Positions 200,574-217,184 of a stretch of 248,000 nt of DNA are shown piece after piece. Under the pieces are notes generated by a model that searched no databases, had not been told where the DNA came from, and was given only the letters and a program-made list of their open reading frames with translations. The DNA is from Wallemia ichthyophaga EXF-994 (Eukaryota; Fungi; Basidiomycota), in assembly GCF_000400465.1 (NCBI RefSeq), contig NW_008806276.1, positions 20,001-268,000 on the forward strand, given 5' to 3'. Position 1 is the first letter of the stretch; each line of letters starts with the position of its first letter. Made by a program: the position numbers and the translations under genes.

Positions 200574-201665
200574 TGAAAATAGCGATTGATTTCGATGACG
200601 TGATTAGCCAGACGAACAGAGCAATATGCGAGTGGCATAATGTGAGTGATACGCGGGGGGTTAAGGATTGTGCTGATATGTAACAATACAGCGGGTGTAC
200701 GGTACGCAATGGTCGATGGATGAATTCCACTGTAGGTGAAGTGCACTAGTAGCTGGCAGCTAACGGCTAACCAAAATAACTGCAGACTACCACTACTGGT
200801 GTGTGTCTTTCTATCCCTGCTTTTCTCATTTCTCATTTCTCCTTTTTTTCTAAATGACAGGAAAAATCCCGGTTGGGGTACGCCAGCGGAGTGTCAGGAG
200901 AAAGTGCGGGCATTCTACAGTGATCCGAAGGGTCTGCACAGCACGCAGCCCGTCGCCGGTGTCAAAGAAGCTTTATTGGCACTCCAAGCGCAAGGACACG
201001 ATCTGGTGATTGTGACTGCACGCAGTCGCAGCCAGCGCGCAATGACGACAGAGTGGCTAAGTCTGCATCTCGGTGGACTGTTTGATGAGCTCTACTTTGT
201101 CGGTCAGTTTGAGGAGGAAAAGGGGGAGCATTACGGGGAAACAAAGGAGGAGCACGGCGGAGATGGAGAGACGCAGGAGAAGGCGCAGGATCAGACACAG
201201 GACACACTCAAACACACCTCCAAGCACCCCTCCAAAGCTGATATCATCGACGGAATCGATGCTGAGGTGCTCATAGACGATTCGTTGGAGAACGCCTTAG
201301 AATGCGCCAGGCACACGCGCACAAGGGGTGTATTGGCGCGCACACAAACACCTATACGCACCCTTCTCTTTTCGCCACTCCCACCCACACAAAACATCCC
201401 CATCTACCACTATCCGTGGAATGTGGAGGTGTCGCGGGTGGATAATCAGCTCGACCACCTCAGTTATGCTGAGAGGAGGGCGCGCGGATTGAAAACAGGA
201501 GAAAGCAGAGAACCGACTCAGCTGCCTCAGTTTGTAGAGAGAGTCGAGGGCTGGAAGGGTGTTACGCGCTGGTTTGCTCATGCTAATGCTAATACTCATG
201601 CTAACGTTGATGCTCACACCCACCCACACACACACACACAACAACCTATCAAGGTAGAAGCCTAG
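200574..201665 (+). CDS. HAD 5'(3')-nucleotidase-like protein
   Basis: IAIDFDDV, VIVTARS, VLIDDSLENA. Confidence 0.75.
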
Positions 201666-201724
201666 TATAGCGTCATGGAATGTAATTTGTAATGAATTAA
201701 ACACAATACACGCAATGTAATTCC

Positions 201725-202810
201725 TTATACATACCCCTGTAACGCAGCTACCTCTGCATTCATGACAGATGAAGTAGCAGCGCCGATTTGGACGTTATTA
201801 GCGAGAACGACAAACTTGATATCGAAGAGGGCGTCCCCTCTAACGCGACCGACGTTCACACCCGCGCCGTTCTGGTGGTCTCTGTCGAGGCGTGGCTGAG
201901 GTCTATCTTGTTCTTGGTGGACGGTGATGACCTGTTGTGGGGCAGAAGGAGCTCCTACGTGCTGAGCATCGCAGGTGTAAGCCGACAAAGCTTCCATGAC
202001 CTGCTGCGGTGATGGTTTCACCTTAGATGCAAATTTTACACCTGCACACACAGTGTGACCATCGATCACAGGCACGCGGTTGCACGTAGCTGAGACTGTG
202101 AGCGGGGATTGTGCGTGGTAGTCGAATGCATCATTTTGCGCGCTCACCCCACCGAGGATCTTGTACGTCTCCCACTCCATCTTGTCCTCCTCGCTGCCAA
202201 TGTATGGGACGACATTGTCGAGTATGTCGAGACTAGGAAGACCGGGGTAGCCACTGCCGGAGATAGCCTGGAGAGTTGTGGCTTGGACTTGCTCAAGTGG
202301 ACCGAACGCCTTTTCGAGTGCGGCGAGCGGGACAACGAGGGCTGTAGTGGAGCAGTTGGCGTTGGCGACAATGTAGCCTTTAGTGAGACCCAAAGACTTC
202401 TGCTGGGCTGGCAACACGCTGTAGTGGGAAGTGTTTATGAGTGGAACAACGAGCGGTACGAGTGGATCGCGGCGGTAGTTCTTAGCGTTGGAAAACACAG
202501 CAACGTGTGCATTTCTAAGGGCATCTTCAATTGGGCCAGCGACGTCGTGATCGAGACCAGAGAAAACGATGTCACATTGTTGGAAGTGCTCGACGGTACA
202601 TTCCTCAACTTGCATACGCTGTACACTCTCTGGAATTTGTTTAACTTGCTTCCATTTGGTTACGTCTCTATACGCCTTCCCCGCAGAGCGTGAGCTGGCA
202701 CCCAAAGCCACAAGCTTAAAGAAAGGATGATTGTGTAAATGAAGTATAAATCTCTGTCCCACTGTCCCCGTAGCACCAAGTACACCAACTTTGTATTCTC
202801 CCTTTAACAT
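201725..202810 (-). CDS. HOM2: Aspartate-semialdehyde dehydrogenase
   Basis: GATGTVGQRF, ANANCST, SATCNRVPVIDGH. Confidence 0.95.
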   Translation of the reverse strand: MLKGEYKVGVLGATGTVGQRFILHLHNHPFFKLVALGASSRSAGKAYRDVTKWKQVKQIPESVQRMQVEECTVEHFQQCDIVFSGLDHDVAGPIEDALRNAHVAVFSNAKNYRRDPLVPLVVPLINTSHYSVLPAQQKSLGLTKGYIVANANCSTTALVVPLAALEKAFGPLEQVQATTLQAISGSGYPGLPSLDILDNVVPYIGSEEDKMEWETYKILGGVSAQNDAFDYHAQSPLTVSATCNRVPVIDGHTVCAGVKFASKVKPSPQQVMEALSAYTCDAQHVGAPSAPQQVITVHQEQDRPQPRLDRDHQNGAGVNVGRVRGDALFDIKFVVLANNVQIGAATSSVMNAEVAALQGYV

Positions 202811-202877
202811 TTCAATATTCGTTGGCTGATTTGACGCGAGAAATCTTCTTCCCCCTCAACCACCAAACGATCACATA

Positions 202878-204160
202878 ATGCCAGCCGCAGTGACTCACCA
202901 AGCCAACAAAACTCTCCCAGACGGTCATTTCCTCTTTACTTCTGGTGCGTCTATTCCCACCTATAACATTCTTCTCATTCCCCTTTAGAATCCGTCGGTG
203001 AAGGTCACCCAGACAAGATTTGCGATCAAGTTTCAGACGCTATTCTTGACGCTTGCCTGAGAGAAGACCCTTTCTCAAAGGTTGCATGCGAAACTGCTGC
203101 CAAGACTGGTATGATTATGGTCTCTCTTTTTTTTTCTTAGGTTTTTCACTCCTCACACACCATACAGGTCTTTGGTGAAATCACAACCAAGGCACACGTT
203201 GACTACCAATCTGTTATTCGCCAAACCATCAAGGAAATCGGCTACGATGATTCTGAAAAGGGCTTTGATTACAAGACATGTAACGTCCTTGTAGCTATCG
203301 AGCAACAGTCCCCAGATATCGCCCAAGGTCTTGACCACGGTGCGCTCGAGAACCTCGGTGCAGGTGATCAGGGTATTATGTTCGGTTATGCTACCGACGA
203401 GACACCTGAGTGTATGCCATTGACCATCTCACTCGCCCACAAACTCAACCAGGCGTTGGCTGTAGCACGTCGCACCGGTCAGCTTCCATGGGTTCGTCCA
203501 GACACCAAGACACAAGTCACGGTCGAGTACAAGAAGGAAGGCGGTGCAGTGATCCCAAAGCGCGTAGACACAGTCGTCGCCTCGCTTCAACACAGCGACG
203601 ATATCTCCACCGAGCAATTGCGCACAGAAGTTCTCGAGAAGATTATCAAACAGGTTATTCCCGCTGACCTCCTCGACGAGCACACCATCTACCACATTCA
203701 ACCATCCGGTCGCTTCGTCATTGGTGGTCCACAAGGTGACGCTGGTCTTACCGGCCGCAAGATCATTGTAGACACTTACGGTGGCTGGGGTGCACACGGT
203801 GGTGGTGCATTCTCTGGTAAGGATTTCTCCAAGGTAGACAGATCTGCCGCGTACACGGGTAGATGGATAGCCAAATCACTCGTCAAGGCTGGCCTCGTGC
203901 AGCGCTGTCTTGTGCAGTTGTCCTATGCTATCGGTGTGGCTGAGCCCCTCTCCGTCTTTGTCGACTCGTACAGCACCGCCAAGCAAGGTCACAGCGATGC
204001 ACAGCTCGTCGAAATTGTTAGAAATAACTTCAACCTCAAGCCAGGTGTTATCGTTAAAGCTCTCAACCTCCAACGCCCTATCTACAACGAGACGGCTAAA
204101 TATGGTCACTTCGGTCACCAAGGCGACTCATGGGAACAGCCTGCCGAGATCAAGTACTAG
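202878..204160 (+). CDS. SAM2: S-adenosylmethionine synthetase
   Basis: [33 protein letters not shown]. Confidence 0.95.
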
Positions 204161-204719
204161 AGTGTCACATAAGGATTCAACCTCCCGTTTAAAAACACCA
204201 ACACCGTTCCATAGAAAGCTTACATATCCCTCCCCTTTCTTTCCTTCTTTGACTTGATTGTAAACATTGTACTTATAAACGTTCAACCGTGCTATCTTTG
204301 TGGTGTGCTAGTTGCCTGCCTAGAGAAGCTGCAGATTGCTTCCACTTTATTATGTATTTTCAGATTTTAAGCATCGTAGTAATTTTGTGTATGAGGGACA
204401 AACTTGCACTTAAAAATGTCTCCTTCAGCTAAAAGCTCCAATTCATTCGCGTTGATAGATGACATTTTCAAGGCTTTTAGGGCATATTGTCTAATCGAAC
204501 CACTGACATGTAATTTGATAGACATTGCAGAAAATAATCAGATTTCAAGCGAATTTGTTGTGAAAGTTAAAGATGTATCCAATAAAACTAATTTAGCTGC
204601 TAAGGATTTAGCAGCCGAAAATTAAGATAAAATTTTTTGGTGTTCGTAAATTACATTGGTCACTGAGATAACAAGGCAGCTAAGCATCTAAGCTGTCCAA
204701 CTGCTGTATAAACTGATGG

Positions 204720-206461
204720 AGGAAGGACATTGACTGGATATGAGCATCTTTATGTACGCGTTCATTGACAGTGTGTCTGTGGTGTGGTTGGTTAGATGTG
204801 AAAATCGATCAAGCTCGAACGCACATGTCCTTGGTCAAACTCGCATCGAAAGCCTCAAAGCGGAAGATATTCCTTGTGAGACGCCAATAATGGCGAGTGT
204901 CAGTATTACCGGCCATGAGATGAGGGCTGACGACGAGATCACCACCGAAGACATTCCTGAGAGAACCTACGAGTGTATCCCACACGTGACCACTCGTTGG
205001 TGTGTTGGGCGCGGGGTCGAGGGGGCTACCGAACACCTCCACCTGCACTGTACCGACGCCAAGTTCCGCGTCACCGACCAGCTTCCCGTCGAAACCCACA
205101 AAAGCCATCCCGAGCTCCTCAGCGTAGGGTTGTAGGAGGGATGTGAGATGCTCCTTCAAGCCGTGCACACTCCCCGCGACATCTATGCGCTGGTTGAAGA
205201 CAGCGGACGCGACTTCCGGGAGTGCGTTAACCTTGACTCCCCCCGCAATGAGATCAGCAGCCTGACTCGTCTGGATGAGGTAGCGGTCGCGCACATCGTG
205301 CTCTGCCACAGTGCGCGCTGCCTCCCCCCACAGACGCGTATTGGGAAGCTGTTGGCGTAAATGGGGATCAATCGCATCGAGCGATGCGGGGGAGTGTTCG
205401 AGCAGACACTGCAGATGTGTTGTGAAGGGGTTCTCCACGGCGAGGTGGGGTGCATGGGGATGTGCCTCCATGTGTGCTATTAGCTGTGCGAGGTATCCGA
205501 TAGACGTGTGGGGAGGTGGGATTGAGGAGTGGCCCCCGCGCGTCGCCACTGACACCTTCACATCTAAATACCCCTTCTCCTTCACGGCTGGAAGGGCAAA
205601 GGGGGTGGAGTGGCTGTGCAGGTCTAGCAAACCACCTTCGTCGAGCACTGCAATAGCGATATCACTGTCACTGTCACTAGTGGCGTACTTGTCGTGAATG
205701 CGCTCGCTAAGGTGCTTCGCACCCCGAGGGCCGCTTATTTCTTCATCGAAGCCGAACGACAGGATGATAGTGCGGCGTGGAGTAAACCCGGCATTAATGA
205801 GACCCTCAATTACTTCATAGATAGACAGGAGGAGGTTCTTGCAGTCGCCAGCGCCGCGGCCGTGCACCCAGCCATCGGGATCGATGTGACCCGAGAAGGG
205901 AGGCGCATCCCATCTGTCGACGGAGGTGGGGTCTACAGGTACGACATCCGCGTGCGCCATCAGAATAAGTGGTTTGAGGGACGCATCACTCCCGCGCCAT
206001 TCGTAGAGATTGCCATAATGGTTCACTGTCTCGTGAGAGAGCGTGGCATGGACTGCAGGGAAAGCGCGCTGGAGGAAGGCGTAAAAAGGCGGGAAAGTGT
206101 CGTAGCGTGTGTCGTTGCCGGGCTCGCGGAAATCGTCGTAGGAAATTGTCGGATAAGTGACACTCTCGCTCCAGCGCTCGATACTGCCATCAGGAACGCG
206201 GAAAGGGATAGCAGGGGAAGGGAGTGATGGTGCCTGTGCTGGACATTGAATCGGACTATCTGCTGCTGCTTTATCCGCCGAAGAATTGGAAAATAGCAGC
206301 GCGATGCGTGAGATGAGGTAAAGCGAGAGAATGACGCCAGCGATGAGAGGTCTCTTCCATCTGCTAGAATACGCTGCTGCTGCCGCTGCTGGGCGCGGAA
206401 GCGATTGCTTATCGGACATGGTGGTAGTGGAGATACCATCAATCACATCATCCAATTGCAC
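204720..206461 (-). CDS. CPS1: Vacuolar carboxypeptidase S (M20)
   Basis: LMAHADVVP, GRGAGDCK, FGFDEE, GGHSS, GNTDTR. Confidence 0.9.
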
Positions 206462-208463
206462 AAGTTATTCATAATAAATCAGCGGCAAAAATACTGTGAT
206501 TTATGCTGTATCACGTATTCATTTCAATCGTGGGCTCATTCATCACTCAGGAATTTCCACTTTGAGGCTTTCGATGGGAGTTTGACGCAGGTGGACAGCT
206601 TAGAGGCTGAGCATAACGGTCATCTTAGTATTTCCCTTGCAAATGAATTATGAAATGACTTCAAGAATTGTGGACTAGTTGCTTTCAAGGGGCGCATATA
206701 TAAGACCTTGATGACAAACAAGGGTTTCTCTACCTTATTAGAAAACATCAACAAAATTCTCGATTCCTCAATTAGCACTGGGATATCCGACTTTGATTTG
206801 TTTGAAAAGCATTGTGCGTATAAGTCTCACTCACTTCTTCGTTATAGAGACCAGCTCAATGACAAGGATTGATCATGGCTAAGAATCGAGAATTATGTGG
206901 CCAACAGTTATCATGCCCAAGACACAATCACTCAATCTTCTGGCTAGTCTCATTGCAACATATGAATAGAGTGTTTTGACTTTCAGCTACCATTTCTTCG
207001 ACGACTACGTAAATTATATCTTGGATACTTCTTTCACTTTCTTATCGTCCTTTGTTGTAAAACGTTCATTTTCTATCATAATGATTGACCACTCCGCATC
207101 AGTTCATGGAATTCATACTCGTTTTGAAGCAGGTACATGGCAATTTGTCCTTCTTAAACTTAACCGATTTATTACATGCTACTTCCCATCATTCATGCGC
207201 GTCCATTAATGTGGCTCGAGATGAAGGTGTGGAGCAGCGCCACGATGTTTGCTTAAGCTGTTAAAAAGTCATCAATGAACGGACACGAATGAATCAAGTA
207301 ATGTGTCAGAGAAATCTGTCAAATGCGTAGGTATATGGGATTTATGTTATGAATATTTGTAACATTTTCACTAACATCGGAAACATAGAAATGTATCGCG
207401 CGAAAGCAATCGAGACTGAAAATAATCTATCTGATAATATTCATCTGATTAATTTTCAGCTTGATACACGCCTTGAATACCTCTCCTGACGTCCGCAGGG
207501 GCCTGGATGAGGTGGAGTTGTTTTTATAGGAGATCGAACATTGGCAGGTGATCAAGAAATCAGGGGACTTATTTCGGTGGTCGCCAATAGGTTAAACTCA
207601 GATCAAGCGCTAATAATCTATATCTGCATATCTTATAGGTGACTCGGTTCCTGCATTTTCATTTCGATGCCGATGTCTCAATACTTCAGACTGTATCAGC
207701 TTTCACGAGCAGCTTTATTAATTACATAGGTAATTCTAATTTAGCCCCGACCATCACTCACTATGTTCAATCAAAGATAAGACTTTATACCATTGGTATT
207801 GTCAGGGCTCGTTTAGTAGATACCAGGGTGTCCTGAGACTTTATCCTAGTATTTGAGCTCTTTTTCAACAAATTATCCATCAACAGTATCCAAATTGCCC
207901 AGATCGCTCTGATACCCGACCAAATGAACACATTATTAAACTCTAGTTCTAATTTCATAGGCTTTCAAGACTCTCGAATAAACTCTTTAACAGATATTTG
208001 TTCAGATGGCACTTACTTAGATGCTCATTCGCTTAGCTATCCAACGGCTGTTGACAAATATCAAGTTATTAATATCTCGAAATAAACGCATTGATAGACA
208101 GAATTAGCCTAGCTGTAGACATATTTCCCCCATCCGACAATAAGCGATTTACTCATCTAAAATATCCAAACGAAGGTTATGTATACATATAAGTAGAGGT
208201 GTACAAGTATTATGGTCCATCCATTCTAGTCCTTCCTGGTACCAGAAATGAGTGTTACAGATGAGATTTTTTTTGATTAATAGACGCGTCATTTTCCCAA
208301 TGACTAGCGACTGAAACTTGAAGACTTGATAGAAAAGAAAAATAAAAGCGTATCGTCCATTTCAAGAAGACTCCAAGAATCCAAGACTCTATCGGATGTA
208401 CGTCGTTGAAGCGTGAGTAAACATAAATTGTTCATAATTTGCAATTACTTATCGTGCAGCCAT

Positions 208464-209890
208464 CTAAATGGACAATGCAATAATAGTGGTGAGAGTAATT
208501 GCAATAGGGAGGATGAAGGCTGGTTGGTAGCTAGATGGAGCGGCGGATTCGCCGAAGCTGTCAGCATCGCCTACAGTCTGAGACGGCACTGTGCCAGCTT
208601 CAGTTTGGCTAGCCTTTGCATTTTCTGAAAGTTCCGCAAAACCGACAGCTGGTGGAGAGTATCTGAAGACAGTGTAGTAGTTCTTCATGAACGTGTCACC
208701 GAGGACCCACTCGAGACGGTTGTCAGTACCTTGAGTAGAACCAGAGCTGAGTGCAAATATTGCACCCTGGCAAGTCCCGTCGCTAGACTCGTTAAATTTG
208801 AGATCTTCAGGGTTGACTGCGTAAGGTGTACCATCGATTACAATCTCAATATTGGGATTCGTGGTGCAAGGGTAGAACCAATAGCCTTGGTAGTTGCCAG
208901 TGCCCTCTTGTGCGCCTTCAACAGCCTCCCAGATCTTTGCAATGTCGTCGTGAGGACCGCCGATGAGGGTAGTACCAGAATCAACACCTGCGCCGACAGT
209001 GATAGACGGGGAAAAAGCAGTAGAACCATCGACATTAATAGCGGTCATTTTAACTCTCCACCAGTCTTCACCCAAAATGCTGTGGTAAGAGACGTTGCCT
209101 GTGTAGAGCGAGTCGTCGAGTTCACCTAGAGTGAAGACACCGCCGGGTTCCAAAGACTGAGCCTGTCTGTTGGAACGCATACGTGTGAGATAGAATGACA
209201 TGGTATGGTCATCGCTGATCTGGCCATTCTGGACGAGTTGCTCCCAGAAAGGAGTACCGACATCTTGGGACAATTTGGCCCAAGCGAGACCCATGATACC
209301 CGAGACAGGAGCAGAAATGAGAGACGAGGTGACCTGATCGACGATGGCCAATGGGGAAGACGAGAGTTTGTAAGCGCCCAATTGAACGTCATCGGTAGCA
209401 TCGTAACCAAAAGCCTGTCCGGAGCCGTAAGTGACGGAGAATCCGTCCGTCCTGTTCTCAAAAGTGCTGCTGGTTTCGGGATCGTAGCCATTTCCAAACT
209501 TACCTTCCTCGGCGTCCGAGAGAGCCGAGTCGATGATCCACAGAGCCGAGGAGCCCGTATCTAGAATGACTTGGAACGTCTGCTGCGGGGTGCCGATGCC
209601 GATAGTCGCGTAGTAAGCGCTGTTGAATGATTAGATTATGTCATATGTGATCAATAACCCTAGACTCACGCATCGATATTTTGGTTTGTGAGTGCGATAA
209701 TTGATCTGGTGGACATTCTCTCGCGGCCGAGAAGCAATGGATGGCCGTACTTAGCACGCTGCTTGAGGCCTTGAGCGTATGCCCATTCCTGTGTGTCTGA
209801 ATTGCGTATGGAGTGGTAGATTGGGAGAGAGACGCTGCTAGCGAGCGCGACTGCAATCTCTGCAGCCAAAATTATTATTTTCAACAACAT
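208464..209890 (-). CDS. Secreted A1 aspartic protease with C-terminal anchor
   Basis: Signal peptide; LDTGS and VDSGTT catalytic motifs; LGDTFM. Confidence 0.9.
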
Positions 209891-210368
209891 GGTCGTTGTG
209901 GGTCAAGGAACAATGATTACGCTGCTGTGTAACTGTGCCCAGGCTTTCCGCCGAATTTCTGTGGATCACAAGAGCCGAGATATTGGAGTTATGGCTAAAA
210001 ATATGCTAAAATTTCGTTATCGATTTTAGATATTTATACTTTCCTTCCGCAGCTGGTCAAGCATACTTAATTACTCAGTGCCTGTGCGAAGTGCTTGTCG
210101 TTGTACCTCGATTCATTCTAGAGACGGAAATTTGAAGGAAAATGGCCCCGTTTTGATCTCTTTCATATTCCACTACCCACACCGGTCCACTAATTGTCTA
210201 GTTTACTCGGCTGCGGCGTCAAAATTTTATACTACCCATCTAGCACTAGAATCGATATTAGCATGGCTATACAACTCCAAATATACTCATACTCCAAATA
210301 AATCTCTAATATCCACCCAGATAGTGCCATCCCTCTATCATCTCAACCATCATCATCTAAATTACAAG

Positions 210369-212206
210369 ATGGTACTAGCAGGACTCGGAAGGCAGCTGAA
210401 TACAGCGTTGAACTCATTCAGCAAGGCTAGCGTTGTTGATGAGAAGGTGAATAGCCCCCTTGCTTTCATTCCACTCTCCTCACACTCCTCCAGACACTCG
210501 ACGCACTTCTCAAGGAAATCTCAAAGGCCTTACTCGAATCTGACATCAACGTCAAGCTTGTAGGTAACCTACGCAACCACGTCAAGACCCGCGCTTTGAA
210601 GGAGATCAAGGAAGCCAATGCTAGCACAAATCACCAAAAGTCAAAGCAGATTGTACACAAGGTGCGTTAGGCATAGAATGCGCGTTTGGCTATAAGCTAA
210701 CATCCACAGGCTATCTTTGATCAACTCGTCGCTCTCGTTGACCCACAGGAAGACCCTTACAAGCCAACGAAAGGGAAAACTAACATTATCATGGCTGTTG
210801 GTTTACAGGGTGCCGGTAAGACCACATCCTGCACTAAACTCGCAGTCCACTACCAAAAGAAGGGCTTCAAAGTAGCTCTTGTGTGCGCAGATACCTTCAG
210901 AGCTGGTGCATTCGACCAACTCAAGCAAAACGCTACAAAGGCTAAAATACCCTTCTACGGCTCTTACACTGAAACTGATCCCGTAGCAATCTCAGTAGCT
211001 GGTGTTCAACAATTTAAAAAGTCAAAATTCGACGTCATCATTGTTGATACCTCTGGTAGACATAAGCAGGAGGAGGATTTATTCGAAGAGATGGTAATGA
211101 TTAGCCAGGCTGTCAAACCTCAAATGACGGTACTCGTTATGGACGGTGCGATGGGTCAGGCTGCTGAATCTCAAGCTAGCGCTTTCAAGCAGAGTTCCGA
211201 TTTTGGTGCAATCATTGTCACTAAAATGGATGGTCACGCTAAAGGTGGTGGTGCTATCTCTGCAGTCGCTGCTACTCAAACACCTATCATTTTCATCGGT
211301 ACTGGTGAGAATTTGCACGATATAGATACCTTTAGACCTCGTCCATTTGTTCAACAGCTACTCGGTATGGGTGATATGCAGGGATTGATGGAGCAAGTTC
211401 AGGATGTAGCCATGTCCGACCCCGACAAACAAAAGGAACTCGCTAAGAAGTTTGAGCAAGGCAGCCTGAGTATCAGAGACTGGTCTGAACAGATTAAGAA
211501 TGTAACTAAACTAGGACCTATCAGTAAGATAGCAGGTATGATACCGGGACTCAACGCCGACATGATTGGACAAGGTGGTGACGATGAGGCTAGCAAGAGG
211601 ATAAAAAGAATGCTCTTCATCACCGATAGTATGACGGTGAAGGAGATGGATAGTGATGGTTCAATCTTCCTGCGCAAAGGCACGGATGGGAAATATGTTG
211701 GAATGAGCAAGCGTGCACTTCGAGTTGCCAGGGGATCAGGTACTAGTGTACGCGAAGTTGAAGAACTGTTGGTGCAATATACGATGATGAAGAGCGGTAT
211801 CCTCAACATGATGAAAGGGCAAGCGGGTGGAGCTGGTGGAATGAAACCAGGTCAGCCGGGTATGCCATCGAGAGATCAGGTACAACAGATGCAAAAGATG
211901 ATGCCACCACAATTACTTCAAAAGCTGAAGAGTGGAGGTGGACCTGAGATACTACAGCAGCTGCAACGCGGACAGATTCCAAAAGGAATGGATCCAGAAA
212001 TGATGGAAAAGATGGCACAACAGATGGGAATGAATCCAAATGCGATGGGCGGCGGTGGTGGAGGTATGCCACAGTTGCCTGGAATGCCACAGATGCCACA
212101 GATGCCACAGATGCCTGGAATGGGTGGCGCAGGTGGATTCAATCCAGCATCTATGCTCGGCGGAATGGATTTCTCGAAGATGGCAGGCATGTTCGGTGGT
212201 AAATAG
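210369..212206 (+). CDS. SRP54: Signal recognition particle 54 kDa subunit
   Basis: [26 protein letters not shown], Met-rich M domain. Confidence 0.96.
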
Positions 212207-212888
212207 AAATATCACGTTGTATTTTAAAATCGTTATAATTTTGTTTTCTTAAGGTGTTTGTGATGTAGATATATGCAGGAGGTAGCTCTGCTCTCTCAAA
212301 GCCGGGTGTTAGTAGCCGATGATTCGTCGATCAGCTGATCCTTATCAGCTATATCAGCCATGTATCATTTCCTAATTATCTAACAGACCTTGAGATTAAT
212401 TGAATCTGATATAGCATTTCTATAGGCCAGCAACCAAAGACATCTGCAATTGTGGGCTGAGCTGCGAAAATCTTCTTTTGTTCACACCGCATTAATTATT
212501 CCACACTCGCGAATCTTCGGAAGCTTCCACGGGTATTTTCTTGTCCGTTTTATTGCCTTTGGGAAGAAATGGGTCCCCTAACAATTACTTTTTCAATGGA
212601 CTTTGAGTGGCAAGGGGGCAAAATGAGTTTGTGTATCTTGTAGCATTATAATACACTATAATGCATTAAAATATTAACAAATCAATTAGAAACCAAGTCC
212701 GGCGCATCTCCGCTGAGGCTCCGATGCCGCTCCGTAACCGATCTAGTTCCGCTAGAAGGCGAGTATGATATCAGTAGAGTAAGCGAGCCAACTCCGCTAG
212801 AAGGCGAGTAGATTTTAATTTGGAAGAGACATCCAAGGATTTGCACTCGCCAGTCCTTAGACCTCAACGACCAAATACAAATACAAAA

Positions 212889-214728
<1,840 letters not shown>

Positions 214729-214799
214729 GACAGCTAAAATATGATGTATAATGTAATGTAATTGGTTTTGATTGAAAATAACATGGTATAACAAAGCAT

Positions 214800-215327
214800 C
214801 TAAAACAAAGCCTCGAGCGTCATCTGCTTGAGTATATCTGTAGCAGAGACCATATCGGAGAACTCAGCAAAGGAAAGTCTGCCATCGCCATCCTTATCGC
214901 CTTCCATGATAGTCTTGTCTACGATTTGCTGGAGTTGCTGATCACGTAGATTATTTCCAACCATCATTTTAAGGACGATGTAGAGTTCGCCGTTGCTAAT
215001 GTATCCATCGCGATCCATGTCGTACACTTTGAATGCAAACTTGAGCTTCTCATCCCTGCCACCGCGGTTACTGAAAGCGCTCAAACCGCCAACGAATTCC
215101 TGGAAATCAACAGTCCCGCCACCATCCTCGTCGAAAATGGCAATCATTCGATGAGCGAGTGGATTATTGGCTACTTGTGGTATCTGTAGGAACTCCTCGC
215201 GGTCAATAGACCCACTACCGTCTCTATCCAGCTTCATGAAGCGTTTCTTGAGCCGCTGGAGTTCAGCAGCGGTGAAATTAGAGTTGCGTTCCAAGTCTCC
215301 TAGAAGTTGTGAACCTGATTGACCCAT
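214800..215327 (-). CDS. CNB1: Calcineurin B regulatory subunit
   Basis: MGQSGS myristoylation motif, four EF-hands. Confidence 0.96.
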   Translation of the reverse strand: MGQSGSQLLGDLERNSNFTAAELQRLKKRFMKLDRDGSGSIDREEFLQIPQVANNPLAHRMIAIFDEDGGGTVDFQEFVGGLSAFSNRGGRDEKLKFAFKVYDMDRDGYISNGELYIVLKMMVGNNLRDQQLQQIVDKTIMEGDKDGDGRLSFAEFSDMVSATDILKQMTLEALF

Positions 215328-215387
215328 TTGAGATTGAGTGCTTTCGTCAAGTCGTCGTAGTTTTGAGAGAGGAAACCAACGACAATC

Positions 215388-217067
215388 ATGCTGGCTTCGA
215401 TGATTTCGATGGGTTTGAAGAGCGGCGGCCCATCCACGCCCCTCAAGCAGTCCACCTCACAGCTCAAGACGATATTCGCTCTCGCTTCCGCCCCAGGCAA
215501 GGCAGGTATAGCTGTTGTGCGAGTATCTGGACCGGACGTGCGGCGGGTCTACGATGCATTAACGCCAACGCCAACGCACAAGCAACGCAGACTGCCGCAA
215601 GAGCGGGTGATGGTGAACAGAAGCATCGTGAATCCATCGACTAAGGAAGTCATCGACAGGGCGCTGCTGGTGTATTTTGCGGGTGTGTTTTGGTTGTTAA
215701 TGCGCACACACACACTCACACACCCACCCACTCATAGCTCCGCGCTCGTTCACCTCGCAGGATACACTAGAACTGCATCTGCATGGCGGCAACGCCGTCG
215801 TGGGGGCAGCGCTCAACGCAATCGCTTGTATAGACGGTTGCAGACCAGCTGAGAGGGGTGAATTTGCCAGACGAGCTTTCGAGTCGCATAAATTGGATCT
215901 TACTGAGATCGAAGGATTGAGGGATCTCGTTGATGCTGAAACGGAAATGCAGCGTAGATTGGCATTGCGGCAGTCGAGTGTGCGTCGATTGCTTGTTATT
216001 GTCTTGGTATATCTTACGCGGATCAGGGCGCTGTTAGACAGCAATACGACGATATGCGCTTGGATATCATTCACGCACTCTCCATCGTGGAAGCCGTGAT
216101 AGATTTTGGGGAAGATGAGCAGATTGAGGAAGGCGTTTTAAGTCAAGGTAGGTGTGTGTGTGTGAGGTGATAATGTCTAACACTTGCACCTTCTTTGCAC
216201 TTGATTCAGCCACGCAAAACACGCGTGATCTCGCCGCTAAAATCGAGAAACACCTCCATGATAACAGAAGAGGTGAAATTGTTCGCAGCGGGATTCGTTT
216301 GGCGATTTACGGCCCTCCTAACGCGGGGAAATCAACACTACTCAATCGCTTGGCTAGAAGAGAGGCTGCTATAGTATCACATCTCCCAGGTACTACACGC
216401 GACGTTATCCAACTTAGTCTCAATTTGGGTGGATATCCTGTCTTGGTTTCCGACACAGCCGGCGTGCGCACGACGGATGAAGAAATTGAGCAAATGGGTG
216501 TTAAAAGGGCTGTAGAAGAGTAGGTTGCGTTGTGATGTTCAAATCATCCACTGATTCGCTATCAGAGCCCGCCAGGCAGATATCACACTCGTCGTTCTTG
216601 ACTTGCCTGTTTTATTACAGGAGGGTAGACTTGATGTGGATTTGAAACACATTTCCAAAGACTCAATCGTACTTTTAAATAAATCAGACAGTCTCACCGC
216701 CCCATTGAATCAGACACAACTTGATAAAGTGAAGAAGCTGCTAGAACCATTTGAGAATGTGTTTGCTGGCAGTGTCAAGCAGGAGGCGGCTTTAGAGGAG
216801 TTTTTATTCACTTTAACAAACAATATCAAGCAGCAATTCGATATAGGTATGGCTGACATGCCAATCATCACAGATGCTAGACATCGATACCATCTCGAGC
216901 AGTGTCTGCAATTCCTCAAGGCTTTCATAGGCACACCCTCGAATGCGCCTGTAGAAGCTGCAGAGGAGCTGCGTTATGCCGCACTTGCGTTGGGTAGGGT
217001 GACTGGGAGAGTTGACGTGGAGGACGTATTAGACGCACTCTTTGCGGGTTTTTGCATCGGCAAGTAA
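215388..217067 (+). CDS. MSS1: Mitochondrial tRNA modification GTPase Mss1/MnmE
   Basis: [33 protein letters not shown]. Confidence 0.93.
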
Positions 217068-217184
217068 ATGTAAACAAACAAAAGTAAAAGGAAACACCAT
217101 TTAAACGACCATTACAAGCTCCCTCTCGAAAATTAACAAAAATTCCGTAGGTGTAGCGTGCGCATGCATAACGACTGTAATAAT

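Noticed and set aside
206500-208400. AT-rich 1.9-kb gap with short ORFs (similarly 190990-192100 and 72000-73500)
   Set aside because: No repeats, RNA structure or coding signal that I could support.
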